A stretch of 64,000 nucleotides of DNA from Elsinoe ampelina (Eukaryota): the NCBI GenBank assembly GCA_010093995.1, contig ML992504.1, forward strand, positions 1,787,394 through 1,851,393, in the 5' to 3' direction. The translations under genes and the position numbers were made by a program. Under the pieces are notes generated by a model. It was not told the DNA's origin, searched no databases, and saw only the letters and a program-made list of their open reading frames with translations. This document shows, piece after piece, positions 36,881-48,661 of this stretch; position 1 is the first letter of the stretch; each line of letters begins with the position of its first letter.

Positions 36881-38334
36881 GATAGCTATACTAGTAATAC
36901 TAGAGAAGAGAGAGATATAATTAAGATAGAGAAAGAAGTAGAGAGTAGTTTAACTTTAGCTACTAAGTTAGATTATAAGCTAGATTATAAGTTAAACTAT
37001 AAGTTAGATTAATCTATATTAGTCTAACTTATAATAGTACTTATAGAGACTTATAGTTAAATTTATAGTATATAATAAGGTAAAAGTATATCTATTAAGT
37101 ATTATTTATAAGTATAAAAAGGTACTAAGGATTAAGGTAAGCTAAGCTACTTCTTAATTATAGCTAATATATTCTTTACTATATTATAGTTATTTTTAAA
37201 AGTTACTACTCTTACTACTAGCGCTATATTCTCTACTTCTAAAATAGTAACTTACTACTTACTTATAGCTAGACTTATAGCTAGATCTACTATAGATAGT
37301 CTAGTAGTAGTAGCGGTAGTAGTAGCGATAGTAGTAGTAGTAAGAGTAGTATTCTTTCTCTCTATCTCTTCTTTCTTCTTAATCTTCTTCTCTATATTAT
37401 AATAACTTTTATTATTCCTTTTATAGAAGATATAAGCCTTCTTCTTCTTCTTAAATACCTAGTAAGAGTAGCTATACTTAATATACTCTTTATATAGTTT
37501 ATAGGCTAGTACTTCTTCTATTATCTCTATAATATAGCTAGCTATATCTATATAATAAAGTAATTAATAAGTATTATATCTCTATAACGTACTATAGAGG
37601 TAAGCTAGCTTAGCCTTAAAAGTAATAACTCTAAAGAACTAAAAATTAAATAATATAGTAGTTATTAGGTAGTAGTATTCTCTATAAGTTATTAGTAAGT
37701 ACTCTATAAGTATAAATATCTAGCTAATCTTATACTATACTAGCCTTAAAAATCTGCCCTTAAAGAGCTACTAGATTATACTTATAATATTAAAGGTCAA
37801 AAAATTAACTAAGTATAGTATAGTACTTAGTAGAGATAAAAGGGAAAATATAGATAAGCTTAAGATTATAGTAAGCTATATAGTAATTTACTATACTATA
37901 AGTCTATATAGTAAGGACAATAGCGAGGAGGTATATAGGTATAATTTGCTATTAAACTTATTAGCCTTAAAGTCTAATTATAACCTAAACAACTATAATA
38001 ACTTATAGTAGTAGATAGTTAAATAAAATAATATTATAAGAATACTCTCTTAGAGGGCTTCTTAGAGCTCTTATTTACCTTAGAATGCTTTAAAAAACTT
38101 GTAAATACGAGGATTAATAGCGCTAGAGAGGTTATAAAAAAAGATGTTTAGTAGTGGTTGTTTATTTACAAAAGTCAAAAGTTTTGGCGGTTTGGCACGT
38201 ATAAGCTGCCGTCCCCTCAATCTTGTAGAGCCGCACCTTACTTGTGGCATCTCAAGATTCACTTTCGCGATTCCTCCAGTTCAAATATCTTTCCTCTCCC
38301 CACGACCTTCCATCGTGGTCGCTCGCCCCTCACC

Positions 38335-39783
38335 ATGCCACCGCCACCTCCGAAACCGACAGACGACCCCAAGAAAGACACCGAGCGGAACGAGTACATC
38401 CCGTCTTTCATCTCCAAAAAGCCATTCTACATCGATGATGCCACTGCCAGTCAAGATGACTATCTCGAGCATCAAAGATTACAGAGCCAGAAGAACCTCG
38501 ATCCGATCGCGACGTCGAAATGGTATGACCGAGGGAAGAAAGTCGCACCTGCGGCAACGAAATACCGAAAAGGCGCCTGTGAAAACTGTGGAGCAATGAC
38601 ACACAAAGTCAAGGACTGCTTACAACGGAAACGAAAACACGGTGCCAGGTGGACTGGAAAGGATATTCAGGCAGATGAGGTTGTACAGGATGTCAAGCTT
38701 GGCTGGGACGCAAAGCGGGATCGATGGAATGGGTTTGACGCCAAGGAGTATGACCAGGTAGTCGAGCAGTACAATGCACTCGAAGAGGTCAAGAAGCAGA
38801 CTTCGGCAGTTCAAGGTCAAGATGACGAAGAAAGGGCAGCTGCAATCGAAGATGGCGACAAATACGAGGCAGAGACGGATATGGGACGGCAACAACCTAC
38901 CTCTACCAGGAATCTGCGGTTACGAGAGGATACAGCAAAATATCTACTGAATTTGGATCTTGAGTCATCGGCAAAGTACGACCCTAAGACTCGATCACTT
39001 ATCGAGCAGGACCCGACAGGTGCAGATGCTGGCGATGGCTTCGAAGCTGCAACAGGCGACGCTGCCGAATTTGAACGAGCACAGAAGTATGCATGGGAGC
39101 GACAGGAAAGAGGCGACAAGGATGCCGTCAATCTTCAAGCAAATCCTACAGCTGGTGAGATCGGTAGGAAGAAGCAAGAGAAAGAAGCGCTAGAGAAGAA
39201 GGAGGCACAGCGAAAGGCATTGCTGGAGAAATATGGAGGGCAAGAACATCTGCAGAAAGATCCTCTGAAAAATGTATCGGTCACGGAGAACGAGAAGTTC
39301 GTCGAATACGATGCCAAAGGCAGGCTCAAAGGGCTGTCGGAGAAGAAGGAGAAGAGTATGTACGCTGAGGATGTTCATATCAACAATCACACCTCAGTAT
39401 GGGGAAGCTGGTGGAAGGACTTCAAGTGGGGATATGCTTGCTGTCACTCTACGGTCAAGAACAGCTATTGCGTTGGCGAGGAGGGACGAAAAGCTATCGA
39501 AGAGTCTGCTGCGTTCAGCAGGGGAGATATGCTCGCGAAAGAGAGTGCAGCCTCTCAGTCGGTCGAGGTACCCAAGGTTGTGGCCGAGGCAGAGGGGAAG
39601 AGTCTCGAAAGCCACGTTCCAAATGCGGTGGACCGTCCAGAGAAGGTCAGGAGCGATGAGGGCAGAGGCAAGCGGACGTATGAAGAGATGAGCAATGGCG
39701 TTTCCGCAGAGGATGTGGAAGAATACCGCAGGAGCAAAGCAGCAAAGGACGATCCAATGGCACAGGCGGTGGATGCAGTATAG
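38335..39783 (+). CDS. SLU7: Pre-mRNA splicing factor Slu7
   Basis: [15 protein letters not shown], zinc knuckle [53 protein letters not shown]. First ATG at 38335; the upstream in-frame stretch overlaps the transposon TIR. Confidence 0.96.
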   Translation: MPPPPPKPTDDPKKDTERNEYIPSFISKKPFYIDDATASQDDYLEHQRLQSQKNLDPIATSKWYDRGKKVAPAATKYRKGACENCGAMTHKVKDCLQRKRKHGARWTGKDIQADEVVQDVKLGWDAKRDRWNGFDAKEYDQVVEQYNALEEVKKQTSAVQGQDDEERAAAIEDGDKYEAETDMGRQQPTSTRNLRLREDTAKYLLNLDLESSAKYDPKTRSLIEQDPTGADAGDGFEAATGDAAEFERAQKYAWERQERGDKDAVNLQANPTAGEIGRKKQEKEALEKKEAQRKALLEKYGGQEHLQKDPLKNVSVTENEKFVEYDAKGRLKGLSEKKEKSMYAEDVHINNHTSVWGSWWKDFKWGYACCHSTVKNSYCVGEEGRKAIEESAAFSRGDMLAKESAASQSVEVPKVVAEAEGKSLESHVPNAVDRPEKVRSDEGRGKRTYEEMSNGVSAEDVEEYRRSKAAKDDPMAQAVDAV

Positions 39784-39990
39784 CAATCGATTGTATAGTA
39801 TAAACATGACATAATGATACCCCGAGGCAGCGACCATTACGCTCGCACATATGCATATCAGATATCATCCTCAGGGTCACGTGTTGAACACTTCCCTACT
39901 CCGTAGAAAAGCGGGTCACGTGGCTGATGGTGTCCAGAAAAATCTCCATTTTGGAACGTGCATCATTTCAACGCAAAGGAGTCTTACAAC

Positions 39991-40614
39991 ATGCTACTCG
40001 ACAGCAGGGATTACGAGCATCCTCTGTCTCTGTCATACCATCCGCACGCTGCCGAAGATATGGCTGTCGAATATCAAAATCCTTTGGAAGACGTTTTCGG
40101 CACCGAGGACGTGCCCGATACTGTAATATCAGACCCGCAATCAAGTCCTTCAAGACAGTCTCACGCCCAAGGGGAGCACTCAGAAATACCTCGAATCCGT
40201 AGTATCCATGTCACAAATGGGTACAGAGAAGGTATCGCCGAAAGCAAGTCGACGTTTGTACAAGAAGGCTTCGACGAAGGCTACCCACTTGGAGCCATGC
40301 TTGGGTTCAGAGCAGCATGGCTCGTATCTTTCTTGGACAACTTCACTCGTCTCCTCAACAGACCGGACAAGCAGGCTCTTGCCGAAGAGGCACGCAAGGA
40401 ATTGCAAATTGAATCAATCCTTTCCCCGAGCTACTTCAACGAGGATGGCATCTGGAGCTACAACGTGCCAGGACCAGAATCAGAGCAGGACTTTGACCTC
40501 GTCAGTCGTTCACATCCGCTGATTGACAAGTGGTCCACCAGAGTCCAAGACTTGGCGAACTCGGCTGGCGTCGAGATTGAGCTGTTCTCCACCAGATACG
40601 AAGACGGCAGCTGA
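39991..40614 (+). CDS. YAE1: Yae1-family Fe-S assembly adaptor
   Basis: HVTNGYREGIAESK..VQEGFDEGY.LGA GX3 repeat motif. Start could be 39991 or a later ATG. Confidence 0.85.
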   Translation: MLLDSRDYEHPLSLSYHPHAAEDMAVEYQNPLEDVFGTEDVPDTVISDPQSSPSRQSHAQGEHSEIPRIRSIHVTNGYREGIAESKSTFVQEGFDEGYPLGAMLGFRAAWLVSFLDNFTRLLNRPDKQALAEEARKELQIESILSPSYFNEDGIWSYNVPGPESEQDFDLVSRSHPLIDKWSTRVQDLANSAGVEIELFSTRYEDGS

Positions 40615-41295
40615 GGTGGATGACACAAAATTTCAACATGCGTGTACAGGCCATACTCATCTCGTTCTGGGAAGGATGCGGATTGACCGTTATGTAGCAC
40701 CAGTCTGCTACGAGCCGACCTGTTACAGGAAGCCGTTATCACCACGCTTCGCCACTTGCTACAGTCATACCGTTGCCATTCAACGGCGAAGAACAGAGAC
40801 TCCTAATGGCCAAGCCAGCAGCTCGTGAGATTGACGCTCTTGGACCTTTCGACGATTTGTCAAAACTACTAGGTAGACATTCTTTCTCAATCGTCTTAGC
40901 AGCATTCATGACCTATGGACACGTCCTGACCAAGTGGATGTCTGCAGCTAGGCGGAGCTGGCGTAAAAACCGTCGCTACAAGACCACACACCCACAGTTG
41001 GGCGGCTCTGATCCGAGCAGGTCGACTCAATTGCATCGACTGCCGTGTCCCACTCAAGGCGACCGTTGACGTTTGAGGTCAAAACTACCATGGATATACC
41101 AAGACTACCTAGAAGACACCACATGACAGACACTTCACTGGCATATATAGAATGGCTTTCGAGACCCTCTTCATTCCTCCATCTGCTGTCATTGCTAGGT
41201 CTGGTACCAAGCATCTTTTCCTTGTGCATCTGTTTCTTCGTTTTTGTTTCTTTAATTAAATCCTTAATACCATACTAATCTCATCTGCATCCGGT

Positions 41296-43284
41296 ATGCA
41301 TTCTCTAATTCCTCTATCCCTCTTCGCCCTGGTGGTGACTGCGGCGCCGGCGCCTCTACCCCAGGACATCGAATTTGATCTGGTTGAAGCACTACCAGCA
41401 CCGACTTCCAGCGTCGCTACGGGCGTCACTGAGCAGATTGTGACCTACGATCCGACTGCAATTCTGTCTGAGGCCGAGCCACAAATCACCCTCGACATCA
41501 AAGAGACTGCCGGACCACTCGAGAGACGTGCGGCGTGCGACCCGCAGCCAACAGGAGCCAAATATGCTCCCGCGATCTCCTCTGATACTCCTGCCGCGTT
41601 CACAGACAGTCCCGCCTTCTCGTCGGTGGCGATCAACGCCCCAACGCCAACAGGCTACGTCCAACGATTCAAGAATCTCAAGGCTTCGAATAATGCTTAT
41701 GGGTATATGGGCTTCACCACCCTGGACAAATACGACACTAATGCATGTGCCAAGAAGTGTTCTTCCATCAAAGGTTGTTCGTCGTTCAACATCTACTTCG
41801 AGCGAGACCCCAGCGTCGATCCGGCTCCGGCTTGTGCCAATCCAAAGTCGGTCACGATGATCAAGTGCGTCTTCTGGGGCTCTTCAGTAAACACCGAGAA
41901 TGCCGTCAACTTTGGCCAGTGGCGTAATCAGTTCCAAGTAGTCATTGCTGGGTCAAACGGCTACGAAAGTCAGATCGCCACTCCTCCTGGATACAACACC
42001 CCGGTCGCTCTCAACGCCGCGATTAATGCCCCTTTCGACGCTGTAGGATGGGACAGCTACATGGGTGTAGCCTTGTTCAACTCGGGCCCCTTCGACCTCA
42101 AGCTCTGCGCTGATGCTTGTACCATGAAGAGCCAGTATGCTCTGGCGCACCCGCCAAGCGATGGTAGCCCGGTCGTTACCTGTCAATTCTTCAATACGTA
42201 CATCATCTATGTCAACAACACTCAAAACCCTCAAGGCCAGTACTGCGCCATGTATAGCGAGAGCTGGTCGGCCAAGTACGCCACCAATGCTGGTCAATGG
42301 CGTGGCGCCGACCAGTACCTCGTCCGCAGCAGCTACGCTGTGAGCAACAAGACCGATCCTGGTGCTCCATGCAAAGACTGTGCTGTCAGACAAGCCTCGA
42401 AGGATGTCTCATGGCATTCACTGAAGCCTTATTGCACAGACGCACTAGGCCGCACACCAGCAACCACCACTGTCACTGTCACAAACACCAACACACCCAC
42501 CGTCACTAGCACTGTGACCGCAACATCCACCAAAACCGTCACGCCTGTCAAGCGCCAAGCCGTGGAAATGACCGCCCTTCCCATCTTCCCAGTCATGGTC
42601 TCCAAAACCAACGCCACCATCACCAAGCGCGCTCTTCCCACTCCCGACGTCCTTACCAAATACCCCAAATCCATCGTCTCCTCCGCCTGCTCTCTCCAAA
42701 TCGGCACCGCCGCACCCGCCTCCACCTCCACCGTCACCATCACCGCCAACGCCACCGCCCCCGCCACCACGACCACCACAACCCTCACCCTCCTCGCCAC
42801 CATCACAGCCAGCACCACGTCCCTCCCGACCGCCCCCCCGTCACCTGTCTCCAAAACCTTCATCGTCCAAATCGCTTCCGGCAAGGCAGCAGGGCAATAC
42901 ATCGGCAAAGACCCGTCCTCAACCGAAGAATGGTACAACCTCTTCGCGCTCACGCCTTCCCTCTCCGAAGCCGTGACGTTCCGCATCGACGACGAGAAGA
43001 AGCTCTTCCAGACCGAAGACGAGTGGATCGTGCAGGGCGCCAAGAGCGGGACGAACTACGGCGGGTTCGGCGCGAGTCCGTTCGGGTTCACGAACGGTGA
43101 GGATCTGGCGTGCGAGGTCGGGCGAGCGGGCGAGTTGAGGTGTGAGACGCCGAGTAATGGCCATGATGTGTTTGGGCAGTGTGAGGGGTATAGTTGGATG
43201 TGGATGTTTAATGAGGCCGAGGAGGTGGAGAGGTTTTGCCCGGGGGGCACGGGGGCGTTGGGGTTGAGGGTTGTGGAGGTGTAG
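41296..43284 (+). CDS. Secreted modular protein: signal peptide, two Cys-rich PAN/apple-like modules, Thr-rich linkers, C-terminal Cys domain
   Basis: MHSLIPLSLFALVVTA signal; CAKKCSSIKGCSSFNIYFER and CADAC...CQFFNTY modules; dibasic sites LERR, VKR and TKR. Confidence 0.8.
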   Translation: MHSLIPLSLFALVVTAAPAPLPQDIEFDLVEALPAPTSSVATGVTEQIVTYDPTAILSEAEPQITLDIKETAGPLERRAACDPQPTGAKYAPAISSDTPAAFTDSPAFSSVAINAPTPTGYVQRFKNLKASNNAYGYMGFTTLDKYDTNACAKKCSSIKGCSSFNIYFERDPSVDPAPACANPKSVTMIKCVFWGSSVNTENAVNFGQWRNQFQVVIAGSNGYESQIATPPGYNTPVALNAAINAPFDAVGWDSYMGVALFNSGPFDLKLCADACTMKSQYALAHPPSDGSPVVTCQFFNTYIIYVNNTQNPQGQYCAMYSESWSAKYATNAGQWRGADQYLVRSSYAVSNKTDPGAPCKDCAVRQASKDVSWHSLKPYCTDALGRTPATTTVTVTNTNTPTVTSTVTATSTKTVTPVKRQAVEMTALPIFPVMVSKTNATITKRALPTPDVLTKYPKSIVSSACSLQIGTAAPASTSTVTITANATAPATTTTTTLTLLATITASTTSLPTAPPSPVSKTFIVQIASGKAAGQYIGKDPSSTEEWYNLFALTPSLSEAVTFRIDDEKKLFQTEDEWIVQGAKSGTNYGGFGASPFGFTNGEDLACEVGRAGELRCETPSNGHDVFGQCEGYSWMWMFNEAEEVERFCPGGTGALGLRVVEV

Positions 43285-43313
43285 GTTGGGCCCGTTGGAA
43301 GGTTTGAGTATGG

Positions 43314-44693
43314 TTATGTTCGGGCGTTGTTTGGCCAGGGGTTGGCCCATTGGACTTTGTCAGAGGCTTCGGGGTCGTAGCGGAAGCCTAGCTTTTCGAG
43401 ACCTGATAGGTTGTTCTGAAAGTCGTTCTTCAGCCTCATGTATGGCCAGATCCATCCGTCGCGATAGCTTCTAGCCGGTCCTTGCACCTCCATCCGATGT
43501 TCTGCAGGCTCCAGTATGGCCGTCTCGAGACCTTCCATGAGGACCTGCGTGATATTGCAATGTTCTAGGTGATGCAAGAAATCATCTTCGGTCCGGGCGG
43601 TCATGCATGACTGTTCATGGTTCCATTCATGTTCGCGCATCAGGCATCCGAAGCAGAATCGACACCAGTCGAGCCCTCCACTTGACAGAACGGGAATGCG
43701 AGCAAACGTCATGCCAGCTTCGCAACTGGCCTGGTAGTCCCTGATATCTTGGCTTGTCCAAACGTCTTCAATGCCTGTCAGTAGGCTAAGAAAAGGCTCA
43801 TATCGAGACTCTTGTCCAGAGAGCTGCTTAAGTTGTCTAGTGACATGATCGAGTACCCAAGTTCCCTCTTCCGCGATATCTGTACGAAGGCCAGCAGACT
43901 CGTCAATCCCGTGTGCCACCAGGAAAGCTTGTCTGAAGTCGTGATTGACTCCTTTGTATCTGTGGGCTACCGCTAGTGCCTGCTGGAAGCTGACTAGCTC
44001 AGTGGATCTGCGTAGACGCTCCTCGTGAGAGGGCCGGGCGGAGATGGTCTTGATCACGCCGGCTTCTTCCATCTGCCACCTTTCCATACCGAAGAGCTCC
44101 TGGATGAAGTCTTGACGGAGGCAGAAGTACTCTTTTCTGGGTATCGATGCATGGTGATAACAAGCTCTGTGCAAAGTCGGAAGGAAGACAAGAGGACCAC
44201 ATGTGCCGTCCCGACAGGTCGAGCATTCGGGTTTGGCGTGGAAGAGGTCGCCTATTTTCTCCAAGGAGTGCTTGTGCCGTACGTTCATGAATCTCAAAGC
44301 TGTCGCCAGTTGTGCCAAAACCTGCACGATACCAAGCGCATGTGGCCTACCCTGCACGAGCACATTGCCTAGTCGGCAAGTCCGCTTGAAATTGCATAGC
44401 GAGGATACGTGCAACTCTCGTACCACCAGAGCTAGGAGCTCCTGAGGTAGGACACCCAATGTGCCTAGGTCGGACGTTGCTGTTCGGTCTTTGACCCAGA
44501 GTACTGTCAGATGGAATTGGCTCAGATCTCCATCAGCAAAGTCGCGGATGCCTGAGTGCTCCCAGCTGAGAAGTCGTAGTTTGTCGTCACTCGATAACCC
44601 TTTCGTGGTAGGCTTGTCGTCTCTGATCTGCTGAGCAAAATCATGCCATGCTTGATCAAGCTGGGAGACAGCGTCAGCGTCAGCTTCGGCCAT
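43314..44693 (-). CDS. F-box-like hypothetical protein with Cys/His pairs
   Basis: LGTLGVLPQELLALVVREL F-box motif; CSTC, C..C and HLEHC; 459-aa ORF. Confidence 0.65.
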   Translation of the reverse strand: MAEADADAVSQLDQAWHDFAQQIRDDKPTTKGLSSDDKLRLLSWEHSGIRDFADGDLSQFHLTVLWVKDRTATSDLGTLGVLPQELLALVVRELHVSSLCNFKRTCRLGNVLVQGRPHALGIVQVLAQLATALRFMNVRHKHSLEKIGDLFHAKPECSTCRDGTCGPLVFLPTLHRACYHHASIPRKEYFCLRQDFIQELFGMERWQMEEAGVIKTISARPSHEERLRRSTELVSFQQALAVAHRYKGVNHDFRQAFLVAHGIDESAGLRTDIAEEGTWVLDHVTRQLKQLSGQESRYEPFLSLLTGIEDVWTSQDIRDYQASCEAGMTFARIPVLSSGGLDWCRFCFGCLMREHEWNHEQSCMTARTEDDFLHHLEHCNITQVLMEGLETAILEPAEHRMEVQGPARSYRDGWIWPYMRLKNDFQNNLSGLEKLGFRYDPEASDKVQWANPWPNNART

Positions 44694-45011
44694 CTTCTGG
44701 GTGTATCTTGGTCTCTCATCGACTAGTCTCTGTCATTAAGGGCAGGCAACAAGCTGCGTTGTGTGGGTGACATGAGGTTGCACGTGCTTAAGTAATCCAT
44801 CCACTCATCAGTGACATATGTTGATAGATCTTCAAATTCCGAAATTAACAAGTATGGGTCTTTCTTTCAATCACTGTCCAGCAGAATTTATTCCCTCAAA
44901 GATGCTCCCGGTATGGCACTACTGTAAGGTAACATTGGTTTCGAAGGCACAAGGACTCCAGACAGCAGCCATCTGCTATCACTGCCAGACCTTTATATCC
45001 TCCATCCATTC

Positions 45012-46728
45012 CTACGAGCCCTCCGTCTTCTCCGGTACCACCTCCCTCAACTTCACCCTCAACCCATCCCTCGGCTTAATCGTGATGACCCCAGCCGGCA
45101 CCACCTCCTCGACCCTCATATCCAGTTCCCACTCAAATCGACCCACAAAAGCCGCCAACAAGCACCTCAGCTCTGCTTTCGCAAAATTGATTCCGATACA
45201 ACTTCTGGGACCCTGCAAAAATGTCAGGTAGGCATAGTTACTCTCCGCCCCTCCTGAATTGTTCGGCGTGCCATCTGGGTTGATCCAGCGCTCGGGGAGG
45301 AATTTGTCTGCGTTTTTACCCCAGAGTGCAGGGAGGCGGTTGGTCACCCAGGGACTGATGACGACGTCTGTACCTGCGGGAATGGAGCGGTCGAGGAGGG
45401 TGGTGGGTCGGTTGGAGCGGCGGACTGTGACGGGGACGGTGGGGTAGAGACGGAGGGTTTCGGAGCAGATGCCGTTGAGGAGGGGGAGGCGTTCGAGGGT
45501 GGAGGCGAGGTCTTCTGGGTGGGAGGGGTTGAAGGCGGTGCGGACTTCTTCGCGGAGACGAGTCTGGATGTCAGAGTGGGTGGAGAGGAGGTACACAGCC
45601 CAGGTGAAGGCTGAGGAAGTGGTTTCGTGACCGGCCGCTAGAAAGGTGAGAAGTTGGTCTGAGAGGTCGTCGTCAGAGAAGTCGCCGGAGTTGATGAGAA
45701 GGGAGAGAATGTCAAAGTGTTGGTCGCTGCCCGTCTTCATGACTTCGCGCTTGTCCCGGACCAGGTCACCGGTGATGCGGCGGAGCGAGGCGGTGTTATC
45801 ACTGAAGATCTTGTTCATTCGCCATGGTGATTTGGCGACCAGCTTGTCTGGTCCCAGCGTGCGGGCGATGAAGTACAGAAATCTCTCAAAAGTAGGCTCG
45901 AGCAATGACTCGTACGTCTGGACTAGCGGATCGTCCGAGTTCTTGAGTGTGTTGAACTCTCTGCCCAACCCCGCGATGCCGATGATATCGAGAGTGATCT
46001 TGCTTGCCCAGCTGTTGATCTCGGTAGACCCAACCCGATTGCTAGCAATGTCTTGGTTGATAGCATCCGTGACGGCGACGGCCTTCTTCCACATCATTGG
46101 ATATAGATCCTTGATCTGACGGAAGCCGAAAGCAGGCTTGACATGCTTCCGCTGGAACTTGTGTTGTTCGCCCTCGACGATGATAAGACCGTCACCCAGG
46201 ACATGCCTGAGGAAGTTCCGAACCCGACTAGGTTTCTCCCAGTCATAGGTATTAGTGGCGAGTATCTCCTGCAGTGCCTTCGGGCCAGTGGCTAGCAGAA
46301 CATCAATCCCTAGAGCACCGCGAAGGAGCAGCACGCCTTCGGTGTTGACATCCTCGGACGCCCATTTGAGAAAGTTCTCTCCCCTCCTCATGGACACTGT
46401 GGATTGGTACCATGCTTTTGTGATCTGCCGGGTCTGTCCTTATCAGCTCCATCCAGAGGTTGATACAGCTCAGCCTTACCTTTGGGGCTGGGAAAGATCT
46501 CAGCGGCGAGAACAACGGGTTGTAAATAAGGACTTTATAGAATAAAAAGGCGATAGTATTGACGGGTATTAGAAGAAGTAGAGCAACGACAAAGACATTC
46601 TGGCCTGCCAATGACCTTGAGTGCTGAGGTATGACTCGTGGCACCGCCTTTGCTATCAACCACGACTCGGCTATGGTGAAGAAGAGTGTGTTTGGAAGGG
46701 TAAAGACAGCTCTCAAGGTTTTGTCCAT
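45012..46728 (-). CDS. Cytochrome P450
   Basis: N-terminal TM anchor, intron 46479-46434, AAGHETT, ETLR, PERW, heme motif FLQGPRSCIG. Confidence 0.95.
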
Positions 46729-47234
46729 GTCTATCCTGTGGATATCAGTCTGTGACCTTTTCGGACAATGGCGAGACTGGTATCATAAGTCTATCTTCGA
46801 ATATTGATGCCTGTTGTGGCTCGACATTTTGCGGTAACCTTCACGTGTCGTCTCCAGGGCTGCGAAGCAAGGGAGACAAGGCTGAGATGACGGCATGCGC
46901 CGATTGGGTGGTTGACGTGAAACAGGCCGAGCAACCAGGATGAAGAACGAAGAATAGATGCCGAGGTGGGCGCTTTGCAGAATTGCAGATCAGTCCGGGG
47001 ATCGTTGCCGTCGTTGAATGGTGCCTGTGACGATGGCAGGGATGAGTGCAAGCATGAGTGCAAGGAGCGTGTCCATCGGAAATTTCGCTTCATCTACAAA
47101 TGCCCGAACAGGATCAATTAATGTATGTACTGTAGCCAATGTAGCATTGTGACATGTCAAGCCATCAAAATGATTGCATGATTCATCCATTTGCGCTAGA
47201 TCGTTATCGGCTCATAATCTGTACATGTTCACTC

Positions 47235-48661
47235 CTATCCCGAAACCAAAAACCAACCACCACCTACCGTCACTCCCACCAGAATGATCGTGATTATATA
47301 AGCACCTGCTTTATCACCCGTCCCTATCGTTTTCGGCGCGACTTTTTCGACACTGGTCTCCCTCCCAGTCCCAGCACTGGGATCACCCTCACTCGTCCCG
47401 CCCGTCTTGTTGCTTAAAGGACCCGGCGACGAGGTATGCAACAACGCCTGGAAAGTCTCGAGGGCACACATTTGCTGTCCAACACCCGTTGTCCCGTCCC
47501 ATCCGCTCTCGTACCATCTCGTGCCACATGTCGACCCTCCTTCGCCAACACAGCTTTGGGCGGCGCCTCGCGCAGATGCCTCCAAATATGGTCGGATGTA
47601 TGGCGTCATGAAGGGCGCGACTTGCATTGTAACGGCCATCCAGCGAGAGAGGTACCCCTTGAAGCTGAGCTGGTCGACCTCGCAGTTACTACCAGGTTCG
47701 CAGGCAACCTCGTAAAGGATATTCCTGGCGTCCCCGGCAAAGAATATCTCGCTGCTTCTATTCCACAGCCCAAGTGTCCTGGCCTGCCACTGCTCGTTCA
47801 TGTCCGTATTTTGCGTGGCATTCCACATGGTAGCTGCTCCGTACATGTAGATGCCCGCATTGTAAGTCCACTGTGTTGTGTCTTGCTTGGTACAATTGAG
47901 GTTATCGTCGGCGCCGTCGTAGACGTTCCATCCTTGCAGCAGCCCAATGTCAATCGTCCAATCCCAAGTCTTGACGGCCCAGTCTGCGTACGTTTGGTTG
48001 CCCGTGTATGCGTAAAGGCGAGCAGCAATGTTGAAGAACAGACCGTTGGAGATGGAGTTTTTGTAGTTGTAGCCTTTATTCGCCCAGAAGATCTGCCATT
48101 TCAATCCCCCAGCGCAGCGTTCTGTCTCCCACCTCGAGGCTTGCCTATTGAAGACTGCTTGTGCCAGGGCCAACCACTGTGGTTTGTCCGCGGGTGGGTT
48201 TGGATACTTGACTTCGGCCGCGCGCATGGCTGCAATGCCCCAGAATGCTTGGTCATCATTACCGAGTGACGCAGTCTGATTGACTGGCTGATAGTCGATA
48301 TCCTCTCCGACCTGGAAGAGCATTGCCTCGGTAGTGATCTTGTTATACGAGTCGTCACCCGTGTAGTGCCAGTAATCGATGAGAGAGCCAAACATGGCGC
48401 CAGCCTCCCACCAGTAGTATGGATCACCAAGCAGACCCGGAATCAGTCCGGTCCTATTGCCAGGATAGAACGAGACCATCTTGCAAGCCACAGTGGAGGC
48501 GGCATCCTTGATCGACTCTGCAGATTGTCAGTAGAAGCGCAATCGGCAAGACTGCTAGGCTTACGGGCGTCGTTGATGTCCAGTTGAATGGCCTGTACTG
48601 CGTGACCGATGGCGAGACCTGCCACGAGCCATCTGGTCGTTGACTTGGATTGTGTTGCCAT
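47235..48661 (-). CDS. GH76 alpha-1,6-mannanase/transglycosidase, DCW1/DFG5-like, GPI-anchored
   Basis: Signal peptide, intron 48564-48518, YYWWEAGA, LGNDDQ catalytic pair, CAGGLKWQI, SFKGYLSRW, C-terminal DKAGA plus hydrophobic tail. Confidence 0.95.

Larger units (their letters stand above)
33721..38213 (+). mobile_element. RIP-inactivated TIR DNA transposon with integrase-like DDE transposase (IS3EU-like), 4493 bp
   Basis: AT-rich, TpA-rich block. TIRs 33721-33750 and 38184-38213 match 24/30 without gaps (21/22 in the inner part). CCCTCA is repeated at 33715-33720 and 38214-38219. A transposase relic lies on +. Confidence 0.85.

Noticed and set aside
33721..38213. AT-rich block as a centromere, NUMT or LTR retrotransposon
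   Set aside because: It is short, bounded by TIRs and a TSD, has RIP dinucleotide bias, and shows no LTRs or mitochondrial genes.
33721..38213. Starship/Crypton tyrosine recombinase element
   Set aside because: The recoverable motifs are DDE integrase-type; no convincing tyrosine recombinase motif series was found.
38144..38334. N-terminal extension of SLU7 shown in the ORF track (38158 start)
   Set aside because: It begins at a non-ATG codon inside the transposon end; conserved Slu7 sequence starts at ATG 38335.
40620..41290. Possible small gene between YAE1 and the secreted protein
   Set aside because: Only short ORFs with no consistent exon structure.
41296..46728. Secondary-metabolite cluster around the P450
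   Set aside because: No PKS, NRPS, terpene synthase, transporter or cluster transcription factor nearby.
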